Origin: Minisyncoccota bacterium
GTDB taxonomy: Bacteria; Patescibacteriota; Minisyncoccia; 2-02-FULL-40-12; GWA2-44-9
Direction of reading: 5' to 3'
NCBI GenBank assembly: GCA_030583765.1
Contig: CP129474.1
Location: forward strand, 331,921-395,920
Length of the DNA stretch: 64,000 bases
Shown here: piece by piece, positions 46,324 to 56,076 of the stretch
How positions within the stretch are numbered: position 1 is the stretch's first letter
How the letters are laid out: every line of letters begins with the position of its first letter
Position numbers and translations under genes: made by a program
Notes under the pieces: model-generated
Database searches by the model: none
What the model was told of the DNA's origin: nothing
What the model saw: the letters and a program-made list of their open reading frames with translations, nothing else

Positions 46324-47325
46324 ATGGATGTCAAGACGTCCCCAATCGCCCCAACCCCCACCCAAGACGACCGCTCTCTTGATCTTGCCCTGCGCCCAAA
46401 GCTCTTCTCAGAGTATGTAGGACAAGAGAATATAAAAGAGAATCTACGGGTCCTTTTGGGCGCCGCGAAGCAGCGTGGCGACCCGGCAGAACACATCCTC
46501 CTCCATGGTCCATCCGGACTTGGTAAAACAACGCTCGCCTACCTTATTGCATATGAGCTCGGAGCCCAGCTAAAGATCACCTCAGGTACTGCGCTCGAAA
46601 AAGCCGGCGACGTAGGGGCGATTCTTACAGGGCTCTCCGATGGCGATGTGCTTTTTATTGACGAAGTCCACCGCCTCAACTCTTCCGTTGAAGAAGTTAT
46701 CTATCCCGCAATGGAAAACTTTAAGCTCGACATCGTTATCGGCAAAGGGAATGCGGCAAAGACCCTTCAAATAGACCTGCCACGCTTTACGCTTGTCGCG
46801 GCTACAACAAAAATATCCGCCCTCTCGGCGCCGTTTCGCTCTCGGTTTGGCGCACACTATCGCCTCGACTTCTATACTGAAGCGGATATCGCTCATATTA
46901 TTGATCGCTCTGCGAAGCTTCTTCAGATACCCCTAGATCCTGGCGCTCGGGAAGCATTAAGCGTCGCATCGCGCTTCACGCCACGCGTTGCAAACCGCCT
47001 TCTCAAGCGAGTTCGTGATTTCGCCCAGGTGCATGGACATTCGGTCGTTTCTACCGATGTCGCACGAAGCGCGCTCGCAATGCTCCACATTGACGAACGC
47101 GGGCTTGAAGAAACAGATCGCAATATCCTCAAGGTAATTCATCGCCAGTTTCAAGGCGGCCCCGTAGGACTCAAGTCGATAGCGGCCACGCTTGCAGAGG
47201 AAGAGTCGACGCTTGAGGAAGTATACGAACCATATCTTATGCGTATCGGGTTCCTCGCGCGGACACCAAAGGGCCGCATCATAACACCTGATGGAAAAAC
47301 CCACATTGAGCCACGCAGCTCGTAG
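46324..47325 (+). CDS. ruvB: Holliday junction branch migration helicase RuvB
   Basis: AAA+ Walker A GPSGLGKTT, Walker B VLFIDEVHR, sensor and winged-helix C-terminus. Confidence 0.9.
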   Translation: MDVKTSPIAPTPTQDDRSLDLALRPKLFSEYVGQENIKENLRVLLGAAKQRGDPAEHILLHGPSGLGKTTLAYLIAYELGAQLKITSGTALEKAGDVGAILTGLSDGDVLFIDEVHRLNSSVEEVIYPAMENFKLDIVIGKGNAAKTLQIDLPRFTLVAATTKISALSAPFRSRFGAHYRLDFYTEADIAHIIDRSAKLLQIPLDPGAREALSVASRFTPRVANRLLKRVRDFAQVHGHSVVSTDVARSALAMLHIDERGLEETDRNILKVIHRQFQGGPVGLKSIAATLAEEESTLEEVYEPYLMRIGFLARTPKGRIITPDGKTHIEPRSS

Positions 47326-47815
47326 GCCATCTCTCGTTAGGATTTTGGGCATTGATCCCGGCACTCACCGAATCGGTTTTGGCGTTATAGAGCTTGAGGG
47401 GCAAAGGCTTTCCCCTCTCGCATTTAACACCTTAGAATATACCGCGTCGTCTCATGGGGATCGCCTCGTGGCGCTTGAAAAAGATGTCGAAGCGCTCATA
47501 AAAAAGCACCGCCCACATGCAGTCGCTATGGAACGACTCTTTTTTGCACAGAACAAAACGACCGCACTAAGCGTTAGCGAAGCTCGAGGTGTTGTCTCCT
47601 TATGCGTTGCGCGGCGCGGCCTAACACTCCTGGAGTTTACTCCGTCACAAGTAAAACAGGCCGTCGCCTCCCACGGAAAGGCTGACAAGCACCAGGTTAC
47701 ACACATGGTAAAACTCCTCCTCCGCATCACCGACAAGATCGCTTACGACGACACAACAGACGCTCTCGCCGTTGCGATTTGTGGCGCAAGTGCGTATCGC
47801 CCAGAATATCGTTGA
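47291..47815 (+). CDS. ruvC: Holliday junction resolvase RuvC
   Basis: ILGIDPGTHRIGFGV and the catalytic acidic residues. Overlaps the ruvB end by 35 nt. Confidence 0.8.
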   Translation: MEKPTLSHAARRPSLVRILGIDPGTHRIGFGVIELEGQRLSPLAFNTLEYTASSHGDRLVALEKDVEALIKKHRPHAVAMERLFFAQNKTTALSVSEARGVVSLCVARRGLTLLEFTPSQVKQAVASHGKADKHQVTHMVKLLLRITDKIAYDDTTDALAVAICGASAYRPEYR

Positions 47816-47839
47816 CATAGAATTTAGAAGCACTACAAT
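47812..47839 (+). promoter_or_regulatory. Near-consensus sigma70 promoter: TTGACA, 16 nt, TACAAT
   Basis: Upstream of the acidic-repeat small ORF. Confidence 0.5.
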
Positions 47840-47871
47840 ATCGACACACTGATTCGTAACGCTGCGTTGGT

Positions 47872-48132
47872 ATGGGGGCCCACGCACCCATACACGTCGC
47901 TCCGTTGCGCTCCATGATGTACGCGTTTGAAGAGTTGTGGCTCCACGCCGTTGCACGCCTTGAAGAGGGAGAAGAATCCTTTGAACTTGGCGACGACGAA
48001 GACGATCTTGATGATGAGGATCTCGACGAGGAAGAAGATGAGGACGAAGAGGAAGACGACGAAGACGATCTTGATGATGAGGATCTCGACGAGGAAGAAG
48101 ATGAGGACGAAGAGGAAGAGCTGCTTGCCTAA
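47872..48132 (+). CDS. Small highly acidic protein with a perfect 63-nt tandem repeat (DDEDDLDDEDLDEEEDEDEEE x2)
   Basis: Repeat units 47992-48054 and 48055-48117. Promoter upstream, terminator downstream. The 163-aa antisense ORF is a repeat artefact. Confidence 0.4.
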   Translation: MGAHAPIHVAPLRSMMYAFEELWLHAVARLEEGEESFELGDDEDDLDDEDLDEEEDEDEEEDDEDDLDDEDLDEEEDEDEEEELLA

Positions 48133-48167
48133 ACATAAACCCCCAGCATTGCTGGGGGTTTATGTTT
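48131..48167. terminator. Bidirectional terminator (aaacataaaccccc-agcattgc-tgggggtttatgttt)
   Basis: 14-bp stem shared by the acidic ORF (+) and tyrS (-). Confidence 0.65.
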
Positions 48168-49365
48168 ACTTTATTTTTCGAAACTCACGGCCCACTTGAA
48201 CAACATCTCCGCTTTTTAGATCCAACCGCGCGGCCCAGTCGGTTATTTTTTCTCCATTCAGACGTACCGCTCCCTGCTCAATGAGGCGCTTCGCTGCTGC
48301 CTTTGATTCAGCAAGACCCCATATAACGAGAGCTTCGGGCAACACTTGCTCAGGGCCGGCCACAGCCTCCTGCATGTCGCTCGGGAGCTCCCCTCTCGCA
48401 AAAACGCTCTCAAAAGATTCTTGCGCGTTTCGCGCAGCATCTTCCCCGTGATAGAGCGTTACGATTTCTTTCGCAACTTCTTGTTTTATGTTTTTAGGAT
48501 TCTCTGTCTTCAGGCGCTTCTCAGCATCATGAACGCGCTCAATCGGTGCCGCGGTTGCATAGGTAAAGAGCGGGATGATGGTAGTATCTGGCATTGCCAT
48601 AATCTTCCCAAACATATCAGAGGCAGAATCTCGGAGTGAAACATATCGCCCCTCGCTCTTGTTCATAATCTTCTTGCCCGTCACCGGATCTTCAAGTAGT
48701 TTTGTCGTGATCACAAGCTTGTCTTTGTGTTTCAGTGCTTGGAGGAGCTCCCGGCCCATCATCATATTAAAGAATTGATCATTCCCCCCGACTTCTGCGT
48801 CGGTATCGAGCGCCACGGAGTCATACCCTTGCATGAGGGGGTAGAAAAATTCGTGCAGGTGAATGGGGTTGCCCGCCTCAATGCGTCGCTGAAACATGTC
48901 TCGAACGATCATCTGTTGCACCGTCACATGGCTCGCAAGTTGAATGACGTCGGTAAATGTCATCGGACCCAGCCAGTCGCTGTTATAAGCAACCTGAAAC
49001 GAACCTGGGGTAAGTATTTTGTGCACCTGGTCCAAATATGAACCCATGTTTTGTTCTACTTGGGCACGCGTCAGGGCGGCTCGAGCGGCGTCCTTACCTG
49101 TCGGATCTCCTATTTGTGCAGTAAAATCCCCTATAAGAAGAACTGCTTTCTGTCCCGCCGCGATCCACTCCCGCAACCAAAGAAGATTTGTCGAGTGCCC
49201 GAGATGGATATCGGGTCCCGTAGGATCAATGCCCAAATACACCGTAAGAGGGTGAGAGGACGAGGAAATGCGTCGGATCGCCTCTTCTTTCGAAGGAATT
49301 ACCGTGTGTACGTAGCGCTCAAAAAGAGCTTCGATATTTGTCATAACAATACCCCATTGTACCAT
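48166..49365 (-). CDS. tyrS: Tyrosine--tRNA ligase
   Basis: HIGH motif (IHLGHS), KMSKS-like region (KFGKIMAMPD context) and a C-terminal S4 domain (VRLNGEKITDW...VGREFRKIK). Confidence 0.9.
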   Translation of the reverse strand: MVQWGIVMTNIEALFERYVHTVIPSKEEAIRRISSSSHPLTVYLGIDPTGPDIHLGHSTNLLWLREWIAAGQKAVLLIGDFTAQIGDPTGKDAARAALTRAQVEQNMGSYLDQVHKILTPGSFQVAYNSDWLGPMTFTDVIQLASHVTVQQMIVRDMFQRRIEAGNPIHLHEFFYPLMQGYDSVALDTDAEVGGNDQFFNMMMGRELLQALKHKDKLVITTKLLEDPVTGKKIMNKSEGRYVSLRDSASDMFGKIMAMPDTTIIPLFTYATAAPIERVHDAEKRLKTENPKNIKQEVAKEIVTLYHGEDAARNAQESFESVFARGELPSDMQEAVAGPEQVLPEALVIWGLAESKAAAKRLIEQGAVRLNGEKITDWAARLDLKSGDVVQVGREFRKIK

Positions 49366-49396
49366 ACGCGCGTTTCTTGTGTGCTAGCTCTTTTTA

Positions 49397-51526
49397 TTGT
49401 ATAGTTTCTCAATGCTTTCTCCCGCCGTGCGGCACGCACTTAACCAAATTCTTTGGCTCTTTGTTTGGATTATAACTCTTGGCATTATTGCCGGGCTTCT
49501 TTTTTTTATCTACATTCAGGCGACACTTCCCGATCCTCAGACAATTATCGACCGACGAGTTGATCAGTCAACGAAAATTTACGATCGCACCGGAACCGTT
49601 CTCTTGTACGACATTTACAAGGAGGAGCGCCGCACAATCATTCCGTGGGACAAGATTCCACAAAACGTTCGTGATGCAACGGTCGCAACTGAAGACGCAA
49701 ACTTCTATAACCATCGCGGCATTGATGTAAAAGGCATTCTCCGCGCATTTATCGAAAACCTCAAAGAAGGGCGGCTCTCTCAGGGTGGATCGACGATCAC
49801 TCAGCAGCTTATCAAAAAGGCTCTCCTCGGAGATCAAAAAACATTCTCTCGCAAGGTTCGGGAAGCCATGCTTGCGCTTGAAATTGAGCGCCAGTTTACA
49901 AAAGACCAAATCCTTGAGATGTATCTAAACCAAATCCCGTACGGATCAAATGCTTACGGAATCGAGGCTGCGAGCCAGACGTTTTTTAAAAAGCCGGCAA
50001 GCGACCTTACCACAGCGGAAGCGGCGCTATTAGCTGCCCTGCCTCAGTCCCCGTCGCGGCTCTCGCCCTACGGCTCTCGCACGGACGAACTGTATGCTCG
50101 CCAAGCGTATATTCTCCGGCGCATGTATGAGCTTTCCTTTTTAACAGATCAAGAGTATGCGAGCGCACAAGCAGAAAAGCTCACCTTCGCTCCAAAGGGA
50201 GCAACTATTTCAGCTCCCCACTTCGTTATTATGGCTCGAGAATATGTACTCCAGAAATATGGAGAGGAAACAGCACAAAGTGGCGGTCTAAAAATCATCA
50301 CTTCCCTTGATGCCACTCTCCAAAAAACAGCCGAGGAGTTGGTTGCCAAGCACGGCGAAGCAAATGAAAAAAAGCATGGGGCAACAAACGCAGCCCTTGT
50401 CGCCATCGATCCAAAAACAGGAGATGTCTTAGCGCTTGTCGGTTCAAGAAACTATTTTGACGTAGAACGAGAAGGAAACTTTAATGTGGCAACCGCTCTC
50501 CGTCAGCCGGGCTCTGCCTTCAAGCCGTTCGCGTACGCTGCGGCGGTCCAAAAAGGCTACCCCGATGGGACAATTCTCTTTGATGTAAAGACGGAATTCA
50601 ACCCCCTTTGCAGCGCAGAGGCAACCCAGCGAAAAGACTCTCGCGGAAACGACTGCTACCATCCACAAAACTATGATGGGCGCTATCGCGGTCCGGTTTC
50701 TCTACGCCAGTCGCTCGCGCAGTCTCTTAACACTACGTCTGTGAAAACGCTTTACCTCGCGGGGATTCAAGAAACCATTTCTCTTGCAGAGCGTATGGGC
50801 ATCACCACTCTTCAGGATCGCTCCCGCTTTGGACTCGCCCTAGTACTTGGTGGCGCAGAGGTTCGTCTTATCGATCTCGTTTCAGCATATGGCGTGTTTG
50901 CAAACGACGGTCTGAGGGCGCCTTGGGCTCTTATTAATAAAATCGAGCGCGCTGACGGATCTGCGCTCGAAGAACGCGTGGTGCAAGCAGCGCGGGCGCT
51001 CGATCCACAAACGGCGCGCATGATCTCTGATATTCTCTCTGATAACGCTGCGCGAGCACCCGTTTTTGGAGCATCAAGCCCCCTTGTTATTAGCGGGAGA
51101 CAGGTTGCTGCAAAAACAGGAACGACACAGGAGAATCGCGACGCATGGATCGTTGGCTATACTCCATCCCTCGTTGTTGGTGCGTGGGCCGGCAACAATA
51201 ACAACACTCCAATGAATCGAACAGGAACGGGTGTTGGCGTCTCAGCTCCTTTGTGGAATGAGTTTATGCGCTCAGCTCTCTCTGGTAAGCCCGCAGAGAC
51301 CTTTATTCCTCCCGATCCAATGTCCTCAGAGAAAATGATGCTCAACGGCCTCTGGCAGTCGTTTAACACCTCTACAGGGACCCCTGAGGCGCATTCTATT
51401 CTCTACTACGTTCAGAAGAATAATCCTCTCGGTCCAACGCCCACAAATCCGGAAGCGGACGATCAATTCTCTAACTGGGAAAGAGCGGTACAGCTCATGT
51501 ATCCGCCTTCACCGAGCGTCTTGTGA
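49397..51526 (+). CDS. Class A penicillin-binding protein (PBP1A: GT51 transglycosylase plus transpeptidase)
   Basis: N-terminal TM. GT51 motifs ATVATEDANFYNHRGID and GGSTITQQLIKK. Transpeptidase SAFKPF (SxxK). Confidence 0.9.
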   Translation: MYSFSMLSPAVRHALNQILWLFVWIITLGIIAGLLFFIYIQATLPDPQTIIDRRVDQSTKIYDRTGTVLLYDIYKEERRTIIPWDKIPQNVRDATVATEDANFYNHRGIDVKGILRAFIENLKEGRLSQGGSTITQQLIKKALLGDQKTFSRKVREAMLALEIERQFTKDQILEMYLNQIPYGSNAYGIEAASQTFFKKPASDLTTAEAALLAALPQSPSRLSPYGSRTDELYARQAYILRRMYELSFLTDQEYASAQAEKLTFAPKGATISAPHFVIMAREYVLQKYGEETAQSGGLKIITSLDATLQKTAEELVAKHGEANEKKHGATNAALVAIDPKTGDVLALVGSRNYFDVEREGNFNVATALRQPGSAFKPFAYAAAVQKGYPDGTILFDVKTEFNPLCSAEATQRKDSRGNDCYHPQNYDGRYRGPVSLRQSLAQSLNTTSVKTLYLAGIQETISLAERMGITTLQDRSRFGLALVLGGAEVRLIDLVSAYGVFANDGLRAPWALINKIERADGSALEERVVQAARALDPQTARMISDILSDNAARAPVFGASSPLVISGRQVAAKTGTTQENRDAWIVGYTPSLVVGAWAGNNNNTPMNRTGTGVGVSAPLWNEFMRSALSGKPAETFIPPDPMSSEKMMLNGLWQSFNTSTGTPEAHSILYYVQKNNPLGPTPTNPEADDQFSNWERAVQLMYPPSPSVL

Positions 51527-51808
51527 GACTCGTATAGAGATTCGGTATTCTGAAAAGGTCGCTCGCTCAAGCTCATATTGAATTTTTGGAACAAGAAGCG
51601 CTAACTCTTGAGCATAGACACTCTGTGGAACCGTGAGGATAATGTGCTTCGCCTGAGAATCCAGCGAGCACCGAACTCTCCTTTCAAGCATTGGGCTTTC
51701 TTGTCTATAAATCTCCCCAAGAAGACTCTCGATAGCAGCCTCATCTTTCATGTGGCGCGCGTACGTGTTTAGTTTTTTCGAGAGAATATACTGAATTGAT
51801 CGTACCAT
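51509..51808 (-). CDS. DUF721-like small protein downstream of dnaN
   Basis: 99 aa. Positional equivalent of the DUF721/YaaA-like gene that follows dnaN and recF in many bacteria. Confidence 0.5.
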   Translation of the reverse strand: MVRSIQYILSKKLNTYARHMKDEAAIESLLGEIYRQESPMLERRVRCSLDSQAKHIILTVPQSVYAQELALLVPKIQYELERATFSEYRISIRVSQDAR

Positions 51809-51813
51809 AACTC

Positions 51814-52905
51814 CTAAGTTCTCAGTGGCATAATAATATACTGCGTCCCGCCCTGTTCTTGGGTCGGTTTTAGAATAATGGGGCTTGTGGGGCTTGTGAA
51901 TTCCAATACAAGCGCATCGGTATCAATAACTTTTATCCCATCAAGTACGTACCGAAAGTTTGCAGAAATTAAAAACCCATCCCCCTGTATTGTAGCTGGT
52001 ATCTTCGTCTCCACCTCTCCCCTCTCTGTGTTCTTTGCTTGAATAATACATTCGTCTTTTTCAGCGCGAATAAGAATGTCTGAAATACGAGAAGAAAACA
52101 GTCCTCCTAAGCGAATTGATTGCTCAAAGTCTCCTTTTTGCACCAACAATTTACTCTGTGGACGATCTGGTATAACCCGCGCATAGTCTGGGTATACTCC
52201 ATCAATAACACGCGTCACACATACGCACGAATCGTGAACAAATGCGACTTGATGCTCATGTATATAAATTGCCACATCACCCTCAAGATCTCCGGCGATA
52301 CGAGAAACTTCTAATATAGCTGACCGAGGAATAATGACGCTCGTTTCTCGGTTTGTCTGCGCCGGAATTCTCTTTTCTACAAGACGGAAGCTATCCGTTG
52401 CGGCAACAATACACTCTTTCCCTGTAAATCTCATATATGCGCCGGAAAGTTCTGGGCGCGCATCAGAAAGAGCCATGGTATCGTGGGTGACTTGAAGTAG
52501 TTTTTGTAAATCTCCAGAATGCAAGACAGACACTTTTCCTTCAGTAATATTTGGAATGATAGGAAAATCTTTTGCATCAACGCCGAGGAGCGTTGTTCGA
52601 GCGCTCTTTCCCTTTATAATAATCTTTTGATCTTTTACAGAAAGCTCTAAAACGTCGTCGTGGATACTGTGAAGAAACTCATGAATGACTTTCCCCGACA
52701 CTGCTACACTCCCCTCTTCATCGACTCGCGCACCAAGGGTTGCGGTAATGCCCACCTCAAGATTTGTGCCAACACATTCAATCTTTCCCGGACGAGCTCG
52801 AATGAGGACATATGAGAGAATAGGAAGCGCCCCTGCCTTAGCGGTTGTTCTCTCAACATAGGAGAGAGCTCTTAAAAAGTGGTCTCTGGAAAAGTGTGCT
52901 TTCAT
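51814..52905 (-). CDS. dnaN: DNA polymerase III beta sliding clamp
   Basis: Three-domain beta clamp (MKAHFSRDHFLRALSYVERTT...). Start taken at MKAHF. Confidence 0.85.
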   Translation of the reverse strand: MKAHFSRDHFLRALSYVERTTAKAGALPILSYVLIRARPGKIECVGTNLEVGITATLGARVDEEGSVAVSGKVIHEFLHSIHDDVLELSVKDQKIIIKGKSARTTLLGVDAKDFPIIPNITEGKVSVLHSGDLQKLLQVTHDTMALSDARPELSGAYMRFTGKECIVAATDSFRLVEKRIPAQTNRETSVIIPRSAILEVSRIAGDLEGDVAIYIHEHQVAFVHDSCVCVTRVIDGVYPDYARVIPDRPQSKLLVQKGDFEQSIRLGGLFSSRISDILIRAEKDECIIQAKNTERGEVETKIPATIQGDGFLISANFRYVLDGIKVIDTDALVLEFTSPTSPIILKPTQEQGGTQYIIMPLRT

Positions 52906-53162
52906 AGCGTAGTAGTTACTATAGTATATATACAAACTATTATCATTATTATAGGAGAGGTTGTCCGTGTATAATTCTGTGAATAACACCCTACCCCTCT
53001 CATATTTCCTTGATTATTTTTCATACGACTCGTGTTGATAGAATGTGTAAATGTCGGTGGTAGTGTGGGGAATGTGCGGGGCGAGTCATGGATATCTTTT
53101 GTATTCTACTCAGATACACTGAAGTAATCACTCCGCTAAACACAGGGATATCAACAAGATAC

Positions 53163-54545
53163 TCACGACTTTAAAAGTGAATCGTTATAGACACGTTCTC
53201 GAATAAGGGTGAGTTCTTGTTTTACAGACTCGTCTTCTGATTCCTCCTTCTTTATTTTCTCGCAAGCATGAATAACAGTTGAATGGTCTCTTCCGCCGAG
53301 CTTCGCTCCAATTTCCGGGAACGAAAGCTTCACCTCTTCGCGGAGAAGGAACATAGCAATCTGTCGTGGTTTTACAACCTCTTTCTTTCTACTCCGCTTC
53401 AAGAGGTCGTTTTGAGAGATGCTGTAAAAATCAGCGACGGATTTTAAGATCGACTGAGGCGACGTTTTTCTATAAGGAACGCTGAGATATGCCGTGAGAA
53501 TGTTTTTTACCTCTTTTACGTCTGGGAGCTTGTTATATATTTGAGCGAACGCAAGAACTCTATTAAGAGCCCCCTCAAGCTCGCGAACATTTTTTTGAAT
53601 ATGTGTGGCGATGTAGACAAGAACCTCATCATCTGCTGCGTAACCCTTTTCTGTGCACTTGGAGCGTAAAATCGCGAGACGTGTTTCAAAATCGGGCATT
53701 CCAATATCAGCCATCATGCCCCCTTCGAAACGTGAGCTCAGGCGCTCTTCAAGGGTCGGGATTGCTTTAGGAAGACGGTCTGACGTGAGAATTACCTGCT
53801 TATTTCTTACGTGAAGCTCATTGAATATAGAGAATACAATTTCCTGTGTTTTGTCTTTTCCAGCTATAAACTGAATATCGTCGATAATGAGCAAATCGAG
53901 GCGGGCATACGTATTTTTTATATCCTCTATCGTTCTTAGGCGAATACTTTCTAGAATAGTTGCGGTGAGTTTTTCCGCGGAAATATATAAGACGCGTCGC
54001 TGGGGATTTTCTGTAAGAAGTTTGTTTCCCACCGACTGCACGAGGTGTGTTTTTCCAAGCCCAACACCGCCGTATAAGAACAGGGGGTTATAAAGTTTGC
54101 CAGGATTTTTTGCTACTGCCTGGGCGGCCGCGAATGCAAGCTCATTATTGGACCCGACAATAAAGGACTCAAAGGAATACTTTCTATTGAGATGGGTTGT
54201 TTTGTCGATATCCGAGCTAATTTGGGCGCTATTTTCCTCAATCTCCTTCTCTAAAATAATCTTAGAAATATCTTGCTTTGTAATATCTTGCTTTGGCTGC
54301 CCGATAATGTAGCGAACGTCACGAACTTCCGGGGCATGCTTTCGAATAAGTTGAATAATTTGCTTATGAAACTTGTTTTCAAGCCACTCGCGCACAAAGC
54401 CATTTGGAACGCTTACAAAAACACCATTCTGATCACGCGAAACTATTAGGGTGTTTTTAAACCAAGTTGTAAAGTGTGCGCGAGAAAGAGACAACTCCAT
54501 TTCAGCGAGGACGGCTTTCCAAAGTTGCTCGTTCGTCATTTGCAT
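53163..54545 (-). CDS. dnaA: Chromosomal replication initiator DnaA
   Basis: AAA+ Walker A NPLFLYGGVGLGKTHL, Walker B LLIIDDIQF, and the C-terminal DNA-binding HTH (GGRDHSTVIHACEKI). Confidence 0.9.
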   Translation of the reverse strand: MQMTNEQLWKAVLAEMELSLSRAHFTTWFKNTLIVSRDQNGVFVSVPNGFVREWLENKFHKQIIQLIRKHAPEVRDVRYIIGQPKQDITKQDISKIILEKEIEENSAQISSDIDKTTHLNRKYSFESFIVGSNNELAFAAAQAVAKNPGKLYNPLFLYGGVGLGKTHLVQSVGNKLLTENPQRRVLYISAEKLTATILESIRLRTIEDIKNTYARLDLLIIDDIQFIAGKDKTQEIVFSIFNELHVRNKQVILTSDRLPKAIPTLEERLSSRFEGGMMADIGMPDFETRLAILRSKCTEKGYAADDEVLVYIATHIQKNVRELEGALNRVLAFAQIYNKLPDVKEVKNILTAYLSVPYRKTSPQSILKSVADFYSISQNDLLKRSRKKEVVKPRQIAMFLLREEVKLSFPEIGAKLGGRDHSTVIHACEKIKKEESEDESVKQELTLIRERVYNDSLLKS

Positions 54546-54593
54546 GGAGATGGGCTCAAACCAGACCGTGCTCAACCCTACCGCGCCCTCCAA

Positions 54594-54727
54594 AAATCAC
54601 AACACGATACAAAGTTGATAACTTGTTTATAACAGGTGGAGAATCGCTGTAAATATTGACGGACGATTTTATCCGTTGTTTTGTCCCGTTTGACCCAATA
54701 TCAGCAGCTGTGATATTCTATGAACAC
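54594..54727. promoter_or_regulatory. Candidate oriC / dnaA promoter region with degenerate DnaA boxes
   Basis: rpmH-dnaA divergent intergenic region. TGTTTATAA, TTATCCGTT and TTGATAAC (7/9 matches to TTATCCACA). AT-rich. Confidence 0.4.
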
Positions 54728-54865
54728 ATGAAATCAACATTGTTTCGTCCTAAAAAGACAAAACGGAAGCGTAAACACGGCTTTCTTTCTCGTATGCAAA
54801 GCGCCTCGGGGCGCAAAGTTCTTGCGCGCCGCCGAGCAAAGGGTCGCTCGCGCCTCTCGGTTTAA
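54728..54865 (+). CDS. rpmH: 50S ribosomal protein L34
   Basis: [45 protein letters not shown] matches the L34 consensus. Confidence 0.85.
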   Translation: MKSTLFRPKKTKRKRKHGFLSRMQSASGRKVLARRRAKGRSRLSV

Positions 54866-54866
54866 T

Positions 54867-55178
54867 ATGCCCCGGCGAATAACTCGCTTTGGCTCTGAGC
54901 GCGCGGTGCGCCTTTTTCTTCGCTCAAATCCAAGCGTGAGAAGGGGTTCGGTGCAGTGCTGGTATGCACACGATAATCAGGGGCGGCTCGCTATTGTTAT
55001 CCCAGCCAAAGTGGCTCCCCGAGCAGTAGATCGCACAAAACTTCGGCGCGTCATTAGAGAGATAGTCCAAAGTATTGCAAAGCCGCCACTTCAAGACTCG
55101 TCGCTCTGTGTTCGGGTGATTGGTGACTCCGAGAGTGTTGCAAGTGACCTTCGAGAACTGTTCGTCAAGTCGCTATGA
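54867..55178 (+). CDS. rnpA: RNase P protein component
   Basis: Basic small protein directly after rpmH with an RNR-like motif region. Confidence 0.7.
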   Translation: MPRRITRFGSERAVRLFLRSNPSVRRGSVQCWYAHDNQGRLAIVIPAKVAPRAVDRTKLRRVIREIVQSIAKPPLQDSSLCVRVIGDSESVASDLRELFVKSL

Positions 55179-55396
55179 GGCACGTTGTACTATTTTTTAT
55201 CCGAGCCTATCAAGCCATCTCCCCCGTCCTTTGGTCTGCGCGGATTGTTCCCGTTGTCAGTGGGTGCCGATTCTCTCCGTCGTGCAGCGAGCGCCTTGCT
55301 CAAGAGATTCATTCACATGGAATTACTCGCGGAATAGCGGCAGCACTACCTCAGCTTTCCTCTTGTCATCCTTGGCATAACACAAAAACATCCTGA
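55175..55396 (+). CDS. yidD: Membrane protein insertion efficiency factor YidD
   Basis: CRFSPSCSE motif. Position between rnpA and yidC. Confidence 0.75.
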   Translation: MRHVVLFFIRAYQAISPVLWSARIVPVVSGCRFSPSCSERLAQEIHSHGITRGIAAALPQLSSCHPWHNTKTS

Positions 55397-56076
55397 TGTT
55401 CGAAACCCTTCTTCATAAACCAGTAGTTAACATCCTTATTGGGATTACTGGTAGCGTCTCAGGCGGCTCTCTCGGCGCAGCAATCATTATTCTGACGGTT
55501 GTTGTAAGGCTTTTTCTTGCGCCCCTCTCAATAAAAACACTACGATCACAGCAAAAGCTTCAAGAGCTCTCAGATAAAACAAAGGCATTGCGTGACAAGC
55601 ACGCAAATGATCCAGCCGCGCAAAACGCGGCAATTCTTCAGCTGTATAAAGATCACAACGTCAATCCACTTTCAGGATGCCTTCCGCTGCTTATACAATT
55701 CCCACTCATTATCGCTCTTTATAAAGGATTTCTTTCCGTGCTGAGCGGTACGTATGCCTCTCTGCTATATGCGTTCACTCCTCAGCCAGAGCAGCTTGTT
55801 ACCACGTTTGTTGGCATAGTGCTTACGGCGCCGAACCATTTACTCGCCATTATCGCAGGGGTTGCGCAATTTGCGCAGCTTTGGGTTAGCGCGCGCTATC
55901 AAGCCCCCTCCGCGACCCCCAACCCACTGCAATCAAAGCAGTTTCTCATTCTTTTCCCCGCGCTCGTTGTTGTTATCGGTTGGAATTTGCCCGCCGGGCT
56001 CTCGCTCTACTGGGCTATTTCAACCCTTCTCTCTATTGGAGAGCAGCACTACGCTCGAGTTACTGCAGGCCGCTAA
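55396..56076 (+). CDS. yidC: Membrane protein insertase YidC (short form)
   Basis: Five-TM core with the conserved LYKDHNVNPLSGCLPLLIQFPLIIALY region. Confidence 0.8.
   Translation: MFETLLHKPVVNILIGITGSVSGGSLGAAIIILTVVVRLFLAPLSIKTLRSQQKLQELSDKTKALRDKHANDPAAQNAAILQLYKDHNVNPLSGCLPLLIQFPLIIALYKGFLSVLSGTYASLLYAFTPQPEQLVTTFVGIVLTAPNHLLAIIAGVAQFAQLWVSARYQAPSATPNPLQSKQFLILFPALVVVIGWNLPAGLSLYWAISTLLSIGEQHYARVTAGR

Noticed and set aside
47645-48136. 163-aa minus-strand ORF with repeated PHLLPRRDPHHQDRLRR units
   Set aside because: Antisense translation of the 63-nt acidic tandem repeat. The plus-strand ORF has its own promoter and terminator.
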